A stretch of 64,000 bases of DNA from Octopus sinensis (Eukaryota): positions 38,130,001 through 38,194,000 of the forward strand of contig NC_043004.1 in assembly GCF_006345805.1 (NCBI RefSeq). The letters are read 5' to 3'. Position 1 is the first letter of the stretch. Each line of letters opens with the position of its first letter. Of this stretch, positions 41,090-55,218 are shown one piece after another. Position numbers and translations under genes: made by a program. The notes under the pieces were generated by a model. It did not search any database. It was not told the origin of the DNA and saw only the letters and a list, made by a program, of their open reading frames with translations.

Positions 41090-41683
41090 ACGTGATAACC
41101 GGTGTTGGTGTGTTTATATCCACAAACTTAGCGATTTGGTGCAAATAACTGGCAGAATGAGTACCTGGCTAAAAAAAAGTGAAGTACTGGGGTTGATTCG
41201 TTCGACTAAAATTCTTCAAGGCGGTGCCCCAGCATGGTTACAGACTAATAACTGAAACAAGTAAAAGATAAAAAACATCTGCTGAGAATTTTTGTCCTTC
41301 TCAACCACATGGTTCCAGGTTCAGTCCCACTACGTGGCACCTTGGGCAAATGTTTTTTTACTAGAGCTTCATGCCAACTAAAGTCTTGAGAATGGATTTA
41401 GTAGACGGAAACTGAAAGAAGCTTGTCGTATATATGTGTATACAACTATGTGAGTGTGAGTGTGCGTGTTTCTGTCAGTGTTTGTCCCCCACCACCGCTT
41501 GACAACCGTTGAGGATGTGTTTAAGTCCCTGTAACTTAGCGATTCGTCAAAAGAGACCGATAGAATAAGTATTAGGCTTCAAAAAATAATAAACCCTTGG
41601 GCCGACTAAAACTCTTCAAGGCGATGCCCCAGCATGGCCGCAGTCAAATGATTGAAACAACTAAAAGATGAAAGATAAAAGAT
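41090..41683 (+). mobile_element. Two diverged family 3 SINE copies (41090-41270 tail; 41300-41683)
   Basis: CORE-like accttgggcaa and tail ccagcatggccgcagtcaaatg. Confidence 0.85.
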
Positions 41684-41990
41684 GTTTATTCTTAGTTCTA
41701 CCACTTTGGTCTCTGTATTTAGTTCTTCCAAAATTGTTTTGAATTCCAGGCCTCAAACTAATATTATGTCGTCTAGAAATTGAAGGCATGTGAGAAATTC
41801 TCCGCCGATGCTTATTCCAGTTTCGTCTTCATCCCAATGTAGTTTTTGAACAATTTCGTCTTAGCAGGCTGTGAATAGTTTGGAGGAAATAGAATCTTCA
41901 TATCTTACGTCTTTTGAGAGTAGAAATAGTTTCGACTTTTCATAGCTTGATGAAAGAAGTAACAGAGTGATAGATTTTTATTATTAGCTG
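41684..41990 (-). pseudogene. RTE-clade RT fragment
   Basis: DVRYEDSISSKLFTAC*DEIVQKLHWDEDETGISIGGEFLTCLQFLDDIIL (cf. GVRQGDxISPKLF...LRFADDIVL). Confidence 0.8.
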
Positions 41991-42386
41991 AGGTTGTTCT
42001 TTCCTCGTAACGAGCAGTGTCACGATACCATAGCTTGCACAAGTAAGAAAATACACTGTCGAGCTCTCTTGGAAACAAAATTATATTGGATTTTCAGGAT
42101 GAATTTGGTTTGTCGATTGAGAAAAATGATAGTGGAGATTAAAGAAAGATATCGTAACAAACGTTGCGTGCAGTTGCAAAATTGAACAAAGCGTTACACA
42201 GTGGTAGAAGAAGAATAACTCTTCATAGCGTAAAGACACAATTTGATTATCAATATATCTCCATTCACGTGAATAATGAAGAAAAACTGTATTAAAACAT
42301 ACTGATGTGTTAATAGGAATACATTAATGCAAATCTGAAGAATAACATAGATATAGTAAGGAAGAGTGTTAATATAAAGACAGACA

Positions 42387-42469
<83 letters not shown>

Positions 42470-42489
42470 TAATAATGATAATAGTAATA

Positions 42490-43059
<570 letters not shown>

Positions 43060-43064
43060 TGATG

Positions 43065-43130
<66 letters not shown>

Positions 43131-43203
43131 GTAATGATGATGATGATGATTATTATAATAATAATAATGATAATAATAATAATGATAAATAATAATAATG
43201 ATG

Positions 43204-43267
<64 letters not shown>

Positions 43268-43279
43268 TGATAATAATAA

Positions 43280-43740
43280 TATGGGCTACAGCAAATACTC
43301 TGCTCAATACCACAGATTTGCTTGTCAGTTGTTTGACCTTAACCAGTTGAGCATGCCCCTTAGTGGCTGACGATATGTGCATCTCTGATCACGAGCAGAA
43401 GTAGTGGGGGAGCATCATAGCCATGTGTTGAGAAGGATTCTTTGGGGTTTGAATAATTCACCCCTGGAAACATAGGTGTTTCGTTCAACGTCCTTAAACA
43501 ACCCTTATTCAGGGACCTTTTGAGCGGGATGGGTTACTCGATCTGAAGAAAATTCTAACTGGGCTCCACCTGCAAGGTCATGTGCTGTTTATCTTGATAT
43601 GAGATCACCATGTCGCGCACATATGGTTGTGATGCATGTGCCTGGTGTACCCTTATCAGACGGGTAGTCATGATGGGTATACTGGGCTTCGTATATTTTA
43701 CCCCAGTGTCACTTTGATGGCATGCTCTGCTCGCTCACTC

Positions 43741-43774
<34 letters not shown>

Positions 43775-43831
43775 GTAATGATGATGATGATGATTATAAT
43801 AATAATAATAATGATAATAATAATAATGATA

Positions 43832-43881
<50 letters not shown>

Positions 43882-44485
43882 CGATATGTGCATCTCTGAT
43901 CACGAGCAGAAGTAGTGGGGGAGCATCAAATGCCCTGATGCAGTACCAGGCAGTGGCTCTCATGGCTTCTGATCTTAACTGATTGGAAGTGTTATCATGT
44001 ACATTGTTTTGTCTTGGTATAAAAGATGGGCTACAGCAAATATTCTGCTCAATACCACAGATTTGCTTGTCAGTTGTTTGACCTTAACCAGTTGAGCATG
44101 TCCCTTAGTGGCTGACGATATGTGCATCTCTGATCACGAGCAGAAGTAGTGGGGGAGCATCATAGCCATGTGTTGAGAGGGATTCTTTGGGGTTTGAATA
44201 GTTCACCTCTGGAAACATGGGTGGTTCTTTAAACATCCTTAAACAACCCTTATTCAGGGACCTTTTGAGCGGGATGGGCTACTCAACCTGAAGAAAATTC
44301 TAACTGGGCCCCACCTGCAAGGTCATGTGCTGTTTATCTTGATATGAGATCACCATGTCGCGCACATATGGTTGTGATGCATGTGCCTGGTGTACCTTTA
44401 TCAGACGGGTAGTCATGATGGTTATATTGGGCTGGGTATATTTTACCCCAGTGTCACTTTGATGGCATGAACTGCTCTCTCACTC

Positions 44486-44519
<34 letters not shown>

Positions 44520-44577
44520 GTAATGATGATGGTGATGATAATAATAATAATGATAAAAATTAAATAATAATAATAAC

Positions 44578-44608
<31 letters not shown>

Positions 44609-44655
44609 GTAATGATGATGATGATGATAATAATAATGATAAAAAATTAAATAAT

Positions 44656-44698
<43 letters not shown>

Positions 44699-45048
44699 GG
44701 AATGATGATGATGATGATGATGATAATAATAATAATGATAAAAAATTAAATAATAATAATAATAATAATAATAGTAATGATGATGATGATAATAATAATA
44801 ATGATAATAATAATGATAAAAAAAAATAGTAATAATAATAATAATAATAATGATAATAATAATAATAATAAGTACATTATTTTGTCTTGGTATAAAAAAT
44901 GGGCTATAACAAATATTCTGCTCAATACCACAGATTTGCTTGTCAGTTGTTTGACCTTAACCAGTTGACCATGTCTCATAGTGGCTGACAACATGATCAT
45001 GAGCAGAAGTAGTGGGGGAGCATCATAGCCATGTGTTGAAAGGAATCC
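43280..45048. mobile_element. Three copies of a TAA-associated non-coding repeat (43280-43740, 43878-44486, 44872-45048)
   Basis: Near-identical ~460-bp segments; the first two end at the same base (...ctcactc) before (aat)n; left ends vary; orientation not established. Confidence 0.8.
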
Positions 45049-45093
45049 TTTATATATTAACCAAAATGATGTAGATTGACAAATTTATTTTTT

Positions 45094-45132
45094 GAACCAG
45101 TTGAAGACACACGAGATGTCGAAATATTGTTC
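45094..45132 (+). ncRNA. Decayed minimal hammerhead-like motif
   Basis: gaac | cagttga a | gaca-cacgaga-tgtc | GAAA-TA-T-T | gttc; stems intact, core carries two substitutions. Confidence 0.4.
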
Positions 45133-45225
45133 ACTAGATAACAATGGCACTCTTCTTTTAATTTTAACTCTATATCTTCAGGAGGAGTTACCTCAATCCT
45201 TTATATAATAATAATAATAATAATG

Positions 45226-45277
<52 letters not shown>

Positions 45278-45329
45278 TGATAATGATGATGATAAAAAAA
45301 TTAAAAAATAATAATAATAAATAATAATA

Positions 45330-45362
<33 letters not shown>

Positions 45363-45364
45363 TA

Positions 45365-45403
<39 letters not shown>

Positions 45404-45466
45404 ACACAGAGCTGCGCTCGGTAGTGAGGTGAAAGCACGCTATAAAAATAAAACTACTGAATAATG

Positions 45467-45505
<39 letters not shown>

Positions 45506-45554
45506 TATTCAATCAAATACATAACAAAAACATCAGGACTTACAAACACATATA

Positions 45555-46846
45555 CGAGGGGCGTTCAATAAGTAATGCCCCTGACCCACTTCCCATAGCA
45601 GTAGAGCAACGAAACTTGGAACAGTTATTAGTCTTTTTCTACATAGGAACCACCCAGAGTTACGCATTTCTCCCATCGTTTGATGCAGCTCTGAAGACCG
45701 TTTTTGTAGAAGACCCCAGCTTGGTCCTCCAACCACGACGTGACTTCAGAAATCAAGGCTGCATCATCTGGGAAACGCTTTCCTTTCAAAAACAACTTCA
45801 TGGCTGGGAAGAGGTGAAAATCAGAGGGTGCAAGGTCAGGAGAGTAAGGGGAATGGGGGATGAGTTCATAGCCGCACGCCTGTGCTTCTGATCTGGCGAC
45901 ACACGAGTTGTGGATCGGAGCGTTGTCCTGCAGGAGGAGGATGCTTTTGCTGATCTTGCCCCGCCTCTTGATTTTGATAGCTTCTCTTAATTTCTTCAAA
46001 AGTGAAGCATAATAGACTCCTGTAATTGTGGCACCCTTTGCCAGGAAATCTGTCTTCACTACTCCGTCCTGGTCCCAGAAGACTGTAAGCATGACCTTGC
46101 CAGCGGAGGGCCGCACCCTTGCCTTCTTTGGAGGAGGTGAGTCACGGTGCTTCCACTGCATTGACTGGGCTTTGGTCTCTGGATCATAGTGATGGACCCA
46201 GGTTTTATCCTATGCAATCAGTCTTTTGAAAAATTTTGACTCATCTTCTTGGCACATCTCCAAATTCATCCTCGAGCAATCGACGCGTTCTTGCTTCTGG
46301 AAAGGTGTGAGCAACCTGGGAATCCATCTGGCAGACACCTTTTGCATATGCAAATGGTCATGAATGATAGTTTCCACAGACCCGGTACTAATCTTGACCT
46401 CATGGGCTATTTGGCGAATAGTCATGCGTCGATCTTTCAAAATGGCAGCCTCAACTTGACAGACAGATGCCTCATCAATGGCAGAAGGGGGCGACCAGAT
46501 CTGGGAGCTGTTTCCACAGAGTTCCGACCATGTTTGAATTCACGATGCCAGCGTTTTACAAGGTAATATGATGGGGCATCATCACCATAAGTTACTTTCA
46601 TTTCATCAAAAGTCTCCCGTGGTGTGCGTCCTTTCAAATACAAAAACCGGATCACTGCTCGACACTCAACAGGCTCCATTTCACACGTGACTCAGTTCAA
46701 ACACCTGTAAATCGGAAACCACAATTAGTTAAGAGCTGTAATTTTCCATTTAATCTATAGAGATATAAATAATTGCACATGCAAAATTTCAGCTAGATCA
46801 AACAACTGCAAGTGGCTCAGAGGCATTACTTATTGAACGCCCCTCG
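45555..46846 (-). mobile_element. Full-length (1292-bp) mariner transposon, DD34D, irritans-like
   Basis: TIRs cgaggggcgttcaataagtaatgcc / ggcattacttattgaacgcccctcg; TA duplication at 45553-45554 and 46847-46848. Confidence 0.97.
45628..46679 (-). pseudogene. Mariner transposase with one frameshift (~46480) and one stop (~46210)
   Basis: RSGRP, ARWIPRLLT, *DKTW, SAGKVMLTVFWD, QDNAP-x34-YSPDLAPSD. Confidence 0.95.
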
Positions 46847-47043
46847 TAACATACAGAAAATTGCCACTACTAGGCACTGCACACATCCTACGCAGAACAC
46901 TTTCAATACAGTAACCATCAGAGCATCACAACAAATCACAGCACATACCCAAGGCACACAGAGCTGCGCTCGGTAGTGAAGTGAAAGCACGTTATAAAAA
47001 TAAAACAACTGAATGATAATAATAATAATAATAATAATGATAA

Positions 47044-47310
47044 TACAGTTTGAAAACTGTATAGGTTTTGCCTCTAATAACCGGTGCATAGAGAGCTATA
47101 AGTAAAGATATAGACCAATGGTTGAAGGAGACTGGAATAGAATGTACTTCAGAGCTTCTACAGAAAGTTTGCCTCTTAGGAACAATAAAGATTATTAAGA
47201 GGGTTTTAAGCATTTGAAAGACTACTGAAAGCTTGTGAGTAACTAAGTTTAAGGTAAGTAACCCTATACCTACATAAATTCTACCAGGAATAAGATCGAA
47301 CCATAAATAA
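47044..47310 (+). mobile_element. 3' end of another R4/Dong-like family
   Basis: LLQKVCLLGTIKIIKRVL* followed by a short UTR and aataataat. Confidence 0.75.
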
Positions 47311-47314
47311 TAAT

Positions 47315-47571
47315 CCTTTCTACTATTGGCAAAAGGCCTGAAATTTCGGGGAAAGGGCTACTCGATTACATCGAATTCAGTGATCAACTAACACTTATTT
47401 TATCCGCTCTTAAGGGACAAAAAGTAAAGTCGGTCTCGGCGGAATAAGAATTCAGAATGTAAAGGCGGAAGACAGGATACTAAGCATTTTGCCCAGCATG
47501 TTAACAATCAGGCTTGCTCGCCGCTTGAAAATAGTTCCTTCTACTATAGGTACTATAATAGAAAGGGTTAC

Positions 47572-47629
<58 letters not shown>

Positions 47630-47854
47630 GTTGTTGTGTTGTTGTTGTTGTTGTTGTTGTTGTGAAGGCGGCGAACTGGCACAATCGTTAGCACGCTGGA
47701 CGAAATGCTTTGTGGTATTTCACCCGTCGCTACGTTCTGAGTTCAAATTCCGCCGGTGTCAGCTTTGCCTTTCATCCTTTCGGTGTCGATAAATTAAATA
47801 TTAGAAAAATGCTGATGTTAGTATAATCAAATTTCAGGAATATTATTATTATTA

Positions 47855-47910
<56 letters not shown>

Positions 47911-48330
47911 AAAATAATAATAATAATAATGATGATGATGATGATAATCAGAAACTTAAAACTTTCTTTTGCTTTCTGAATTCTCCAGAACAATACTATA
48001 CGCAAAACCAAATATATGATTCCATAGGCATAACACCAACTTCTAACTTGCTGTCTCTTGAGGTCTCTGGGTGAGACATGGAGTCAACTTGCACAAAAAA
48101 AATCATGTGGCGAGCTGGCAGAATCGTTAGCACGCCAGGCGAAATGCTTATTGGCATTTCGCCCGTCTTTACATTTTGAGTTCAAATTCCGCCGGAGTCG
48201 CGGGGTCGACTTTTTTCTTTCATCCTTTCGGGATCGATAAGTTAAGTACCAGTGAAACACTGGAGTCGGTATAATCGATTAAAACCGCCCCCAAAATGTC
48301 AGGCTTTGTGCCTATAGTAGAAATGATTAT
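47315..48330. mobile_element. Family 1 SINE copies (47315-47527 -, 47665-47800 +, 48108-48330 +)
   Basis: Head and core matches. Confidence 0.82.
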
Positions 48331-48347
48331 TATTATTATTATTATTA

Positions 48348-50875
48348 CGTCTGCAAACACAACATCGCCCCAACATTCACATGCTCAATCACCAATCGCT
48401 TCAGCGCCTTGACCGAAATGAGACTGAAATTGAGAGATCTTCCTATCAAGCGTCAACCTGTCTTACACGTAATGTCCTGGTAAACTCAGTACTTCTTCAC
48501 AAGCGGCCCTGGATTTCATCGCGGACGCCGGATACGCAACAGTGCTATCGAAGATGATCGGGAGAAATTCTGGGCGGAAGAAACCGAGAGCAAGAAACAA
48601 CTACATCAGCCAGATATTCAACATGCTCTTCTAAGCCCGTGCTGATCTCCAGTTGAAGACAATCCTGGTGAAGGATACCAATGGCAACATCATCATCACT
48701 GAAACCGCCTGCCTCCAACGCTGGAAGTAGCACTTCAGCCTTCTTCTCCACCTATCTCAATCCCTTATATCCTTGAGTTTGGATATAGACTAAACTGTAA
48801 CAGTGTTATAACACTACAAAAACTAAATCAGTAACAAACACGTAACAAACTTATATCTCTTCTTAACGACTTCTACGACTGCACACACCACATTCTACGT
48901 CACTGTCAGTACGCATGCGCCTTTATAAGGTTCAGGACAGTTCACTTGCTATCCCACAGGCGTGTCAGGATTTCCCCACAACATCTCTCCTTTTTGAGCT
49001 TGACTTTCCGTGGAAGTTTGTTTATGATATACTTACCAGCCCCCCTTTTTTTTCTTAATTCTCCGGGAAGAAATTGGAATATTTTTTCTGTTTGGCTCTG
49101 CTTGCAAAAGTTCTGTTTGTTTTCTTTTCCTAGTCGATGTACTCGTTGGTTAGACTATTCCTTGAGGTACCAGGTCGTAAAAAATGTCATAAAGAAATTC
49201 CATTGGTTCTTCATGTCTTATTCTTTCTTCCATAGACTATTTTTTCACTTAGTTTAAACGTCTTTTGTGTTCCCACGTATGGCCTTTTACAATGTACGCT
49301 ATTTTTCCTAAGCGTTTACTTATTATACCTTCTCCCCAACTTTCCTTTCTATTTCTGTATATTAAAAAAAAACATATTGTCACCTATTTTGAAGAATTTT
49401 GTCTTATTTTCGTTGTTTCTCTACATTTTCTCTTTTCTTCTCGGTAGCAATTTGTCAAGCACTGACCTGACTTTCCTGGCGAACATTAGTTCAGCTGGCA
49501 ACATACTTGAAGTGGTGTTGGGGTTAGTTGTTATTCGGTAAACACTTAAGAATTGCGGCAATGCAGTATCAGCTAGTAGCTCATTCCTAGATTTCTTCAG
49601 CGCCCTCTCAAACGCAGAGTCAGTAGCATGCGCCTTTGTAAGGTTTAGGACAGTTCACTTGCTATCTCACAGGGGTGTCAGTGTTTCACCACAACACAAT
49701 TCATCCCAGCCTAGCCATCACTGCAGACACAGCCGCAAGCAATGATACATGCAGACTCGATCCTGTCATTCCCGATGAAGTCAGTACCGCCAAGGAAAAG
49801 TTCAACAACCACAAAGCCCCTAATTCTGCACTATCATTACAGAGATGTTGAAGGCAGGCGGAGAAAACACGATCCAGTGATTCACTCGCATCATCAACCA
49901 TGTATGGGTGTCAGAGCGACTCCAAAATGACTGGACCCAGAGCATCATCTTCAACTTCTGGAAACATAACGGCGATAATCTCGTCTGCGGCAACCACAGG
50001 GGCACCACCCTCCTCTCCATTCTGGGTAAGCTCTTCACAAAGATCCTCCTCAACCGTGTTCTTACTGCCATTAGAAGTAAGCGCCACACCTCAAACCAGA
50101 ATCACGCAGAACCGATCTACCACCGATCACATGTTTGCCCTTCGTCCCTTCATTGACAGATCTCGGGAGTTCTGCAAAGATCACCACCTCTACATCGCTT
50201 TCGTCGACCTCAAGATCGAAAGTTCTCGAGCTCCACCCTATTCCAACGGCTCTATAGCAGTGCCGAGAGCTGCATGCAGGAGAACGGGAAGGACTCTGAC
50301 TAGTTTCCCAAGAACAGCGGAGTTAGACGGGGATGAGTGGCCGCCTTGACCTCTTCAACTGTGTCATCGATTATCTGATGACCAAGATGAATGAGTAAGT
50401 CTTTTGCGTTACTTTCGGGGATTACTGCCTCACTGACCTTGAGTATACGGACAATACAACCCTATGATCGACCACTTCAGGGAAGGACCAAGCTAATGCA
50501 TGTCGGAAATGGCCCGGATCCTCCCACACTCTGTATTGGCCCCGACGTTGTGGAGTTTGTCAGTTACTTCACCTATCTGGGTTCCACAATCACGAACAAT
50601 GGAGAGCTGATCTCGGTAATCAACCACAGATGTGGTCTGGCTGCTGGGATCATGTACTCCCTATGGAAGCTGCTCTGGTGCCGCTGCTCTATGTCCCAGA
50701 AGACGAAGCTTCGCATCTACAACGCGTCGGTCCTTTTCGTTATCCTCTATGCATCAGTCCCCTCGAAGACCCTGGCAAAGAGGATCGATGGCTTCGATAG
50801 CAAAGCCCTAAGAACCATTGAGACCATCAGATGATACCATCAGGTTTCCAATAAAGAATTGCGTGCGCGAACACG
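48348..50875 (+). mobile_element. Decayed RTE-type LINE (48348-48755 and 49697-50875) interrupted by a Gypsy relic
   Basis: NRFSAL, PWIS, EMLKAGG, DW..SII..FWK, NHRGTTLLSILGKLF, RSTTDHMFALR, LYIAFVDLK, LTDLEY, FTYLGS, TKLRIYNASV. Confidence 0.88.
48756..49696 (-). mobile_element. Internally deleted Gypsy (Mag-like) LTR retrotransposon
   Basis: Direct repeats 48905-48983 and 49619-49696, both starting TGTTGTGG on the - strand; polypurine tract AAAAAGGAGAGA abuts the 3' LTR; integrase C-terminus FFKIGDN...NRKESWGEGIISKRLGKIAYIVKGHTWEHKRRLN* (~49245-49410). Confidence 0.75.
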
Positions 50876-51680
50876 TGTATTCACATTTCAAGGGCACTTT
50901 ACTTTCAAAGTATTTTCCCATTATGCGACAGTTTGGCTATGTAACATTGCAAGCAAGCAAACATGCAAGACTGAAGTTAATTTTTAATGTAATACTAGAC
51001 TATCCGTGACCCGTTGGATCACAGGGGAAGTTTGAGTTTCCCAGCAACTTAGTTTTATTTTGTAGTTTTTTTTTCTCCAGGTTATTTTGCATGCTTTCAA
51101 CGAATGTGACGTCGAAATTACGCGTGAACGGCTCCTTTCCCCAGAAAAGGAAAGATTTGGCTGCTACTTCTTGCACACCCTGCTACCACGTAACAGTTAT
51201 TTCGGGTCCTTTTTCGCTAACAGCTGCTACGTGATAGAGGGGTATGCTAGAAATAGCAGCCAAATCTTTGGAGGTGAGATACGTTGAATACACTCGAAAG
51301 AATCCCACGGAAACAAAAACCGAAGATACGAACAGGTCTTTTACGAAATATTTACCGTATTTTTAAAGCCATTTTCGCTTAAGAATATTTTGCCCTTCAT
51401 AATGTTTCTAATGGAAAGGTTAGAGTTTCTTCCTTTTCAGGGTTAAGTTATTTTCGGAGTATTTTCCCATTATGCACCGTTTGGGGTATTTATACCCCAC
51501 AAAACCACGAATATCTCAATGACCACTGGTCCGATTTACACGAAATTTGTTTTATTCCGTTTGTATTCACATTTCAGGACACTTTACTTTCAAAGTATTT
51601 TCCTATTATGCGCCAGTTTGACTGTGTAATATTGCAAGCAAGCAAGCAAGATTGAAGTTCATTTTTAATGTATTATAGAT
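50876..51680 (+). mobile_element. Non-autonomous Helentron/HINE-like element (50994-51680) preceded by a tandem copy of its 3' ~120 bp
   Basis: 5' actag...gacccg, internal ccgattt...gaaattt, (caag)n, 3' tattatagat; 50876-50995 matches 51563-51680. Confidence 0.6.
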
Positions 51681-51887
51681 TGATATATATGATTACATAC
51701 ATACATACATACATACACACATACATACATACATACATACATACATATGTACACGTGCAAGTGCACATATACAAACACACATATTTACGTATGTATGTAT
51801 GCATGTATGTACATATTTATGTATGTACGTATGTATGCACGCATGTATGTATGCACACATGTATGTATGCATATATATGCATATATG

Positions 51888-51919
<32 letters not shown>

Positions 51920-51940
51920 CACCAACTTTCTCACCTATAT

Positions 51941-51981
<41 letters not shown>

Positions 51982-52492
51982 TACACACAAACACACACAT
52001 TTCTATATGGGGAGAGAGATATGGAAAGGGAAAGAGGAAGAAATCGAGAAATACATGATATATTCATATACGTATATGTACGCATAGATACATGCATACA
52101 AACGTAAAGAAGCGTATTAATAATGTTTTGTCAATACTGGGGCAGAGGAGAGTGAGAGAGATGAGAAGTTCTACCCTCTGCCCATATATGGTGTTTTGTA
52201 TCCGTAAATGAACTGAGTAAAGAATGGAACGAATAAAAAAAAAATTGGAAGCAAATTTGCAAAAAAAATTGTATTCATTCTTCAAACTGGTAAAATTACA
52301 AAATGAACGAGTGAAATATTGGTTTGTTTGTGTATCTTCATGGATATGTGTTTGTGTGGTGTGTGTGTGTGCGTGTGTGTTTGTGTGTGTGTATAATTAT
52401 ACTTTATTACATGTATGCATAGACACACACATACATTATATATATATATAATTAATTAATATAATATATATATATATATATAATATATATAA

Positions 52493-52568
<76 letters not shown>

Positions 52569-52603
52569 CCGGAGTCATTCTTGTTGCTTATTTTGATTAT
52601 ATA

Positions 52604-52689
<86 letters not shown>

Positions 52690-53922
52690 CGAGTGATATA
52701 TATTTTACACATGTACGCGCAATGTGTGTGAATTCACCTACATGTGTGTGTATGCGTGCGCGTATGTACCTTTGTAATATAAATTTATATTTCATTTTCC
52801 TCTCCTACAAAATTAAATAATTTCGCCTTGGGTTCTTTCAACGCTTTCAAAGTTTCAAATGTCCGTTGGAAATATCTTTTCTTTTACTGCCGTTTGTGTG
52901 ATTATTATTGTTTGTTATTCATGTTCGCGTAGTTCACATAGTTGCTCTGTATCCACCACTTCCTCATCTTTATCATTATTGTTCTTCTTGATGAAGATGA
53001 TGATGATGTAAAAGCAGTTGTTGTTTTGTTGTAGATGTTGTAGTTGTATTCCTTTCTTGTCAAATTCGTCACCTTGGGTGTCTGTCGACACAGAAGTGTT
53101 TTTGGTGAAGCTGTGAAGGGAATTGACATGTTCATTCTGCTGCAGCCTAGCGTGACTAATCAACTTCACTGGAACTAATGAACCGTTAATTAGTAACTCT
53201 AATTCATTTTGTTGTTGTAATTATTGTGGCTGTGCTGCTGCTGCAGCTGCTGGTGATGGTATTGATGAGGATGGAGAAATAGGAAAGTGTTAGGACGAGG
53301 AACTGCAGAGAGCAAAGGCGACGATGTGGAGACCGAAGGTGATTCTTATGAAGTGAAGTGGGAGGAGGAACAGAATAGTGATGCTGACAATGATATTAGT
53401 GATGATGATGGGGAAGAAGGTAGTGGTGATGATGTTGATGATGACGATGGCGACAACAATGATGATAACGATAATGATGATCATCATAAGGAGGAAGAAG
53501 AAGAAAGGAAGGAGGCTATCATTTTATCATTTTATCATTTTATCTAGTTTCAGCTCACGAGCTGTGGCCATGCTGGGGCACCGCCGTTATATGCTGCTTT
53601 TTGTCAATTATTCATCTCTGATCCGAGAATGTGTGCGCGTGTATGTGTGCGTGTTCTTCTGTATGCGTGCGTTTGTATGTTGCATTCATCTAGACCAACA
53701 TCCAGGAATTGTATTAGATATGCGTGCACGTGCCTGCATGCGTATGCCTGTTTATGTATGTATGTCCCGTTGTGTCTGTGTATGTGTATGTAGATGTATG
53801 TCCATTTGGTTGTTTGTGTGCGTGTTGGCTACAGATATCAAAATTTGTTTGAAAATAGTTACTCAAACACATTCAATAAGTTGAAAATAATTGTAACATT
53901 TAAAATATCCCATAATTGTAAG

Positions 53923-53953
<31 letters not shown>

Positions 53954-54035
53954 TAATTAATCCAAACAAGAAAACACAGAAAAAAAGAGAAAAAAAGAGA
54001 AAAAAGGGAAAAAAACACAGCGACGCAGGATGTGG

Positions 54036-54089
<54 letters not shown>

Positions 54090-54174
54090 TTAATATTTGA
54101 GGGAATAAAATCCAAAACTTACAAGGAAAAAGAAATTCAATTTAGAAATACTAAATCAAAGTTCACACAATATA

Positions 54175-54513
54175 ATATATATATAAAAATTAGAAAAAAA
54201 CTCACCTTTTATCAATTCAAAATAAACAATTAAATTGCACCATCTAGAAAATTACATGTAATAGAAATATTAACATTAAAATAACAATAAAATGTCAAAG
54301 ATTAAGTAAATTGCAAAAATATAATAATAATAACGTATATAAATTGTATATACGTTATTATTATTATATTTTTGCAATTTACTTAATCTTTGACATTTTA
54401 TTGTTATTTTAATGTTAATATTTCTATTACATGTAATTTTCTAGATGGTGCAATTTAATTGTTCATTTTGAATTGATAAAAGGTGGGGTTTTTCTAATTT
54501 TATATATATATAT
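54175..54513. repeat. ~340-bp near-perfect AT-rich palindrome
   Basis: Arms of ~165 bp around a 5-nt loop (54342-54346), with few mismatches. Confidence 0.95.
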
Positions 54514-54519
54514 TCTTTT

Positions 54520-54694
54520 TCTTTTATTCTCTTATTTGTTTCAGTCATTTGACTGCGGCCGTGCTGGAGCGCCACCTTTTAGAAGAACAAATCGATCCCA
54601 GGAATTATTCTTTGTAAGCCTAGTACTTATTCTATAGAACTCTTTTGCTGAACCGCTAAGTTACGGGGATATAATGCACCAACAGCGCAAATAC

Positions 54695-54731
<37 letters not shown>

Positions 54732-54885
54732 CGGCGGGCTTCTTTCAGATTCCATCTACCAAATCCCCTTACAAGGCTTTGGTCGGCCCGAGGCTACAGT
54801 AGAAGACACTTGCCCAAGGTGCCACGCGGTGGGATTGAACCCAGAACCATGTGGTTGGTAAGAAAGCTGCTTACCACACACCCAC
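54520..54885 (-). mobile_element. SINE family 3
   Basis: Reverse-complement match to 61162-61572 with an internal deletion. Confidence 0.88.
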
Positions 54886-55001
54886 AGATATTATTTTAAT
54901 AGCAACGTTGAAGATGCTTTATTTCAGTAATATATCTTTCTGAGATTTTTCATTTTATTTATTTTATCTTTATATATATATATATATATATATATCAATA
55001 A

Positions 55002-55034
<33 letters not shown>

Positions 55035-55071
55035 GATATATATATATATAATATATATATATATATATAAT

Positions 55072-55143
<72 letters not shown>

Positions 55144-55187
55144 TATATATATATATATATTATATATATATATATATATATCAATAA

Positions 55188-55218
<31 letters not shown>

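Larger units (their letters stand above)
45507..47012 (+). mobile_element. R4/Dong-like 3' end split by a mariner insertion
   Basis: KYITKTSGLTNTY | NIQKI..LLGTAHILRRTLS is continuous once 45555-46848 is removed; the same 3'UTR occurs at 42830-42950 and 45401-45460. Confidence 0.85.

Noticed and set aside
52905-53547. Acidic and Gln-rich ORFs on both strands
   Set aside because: They derive from degenerate GAT/CAA triplet repeats; no domain or convincing splice sites. Could be UTR, but this is unsupported.
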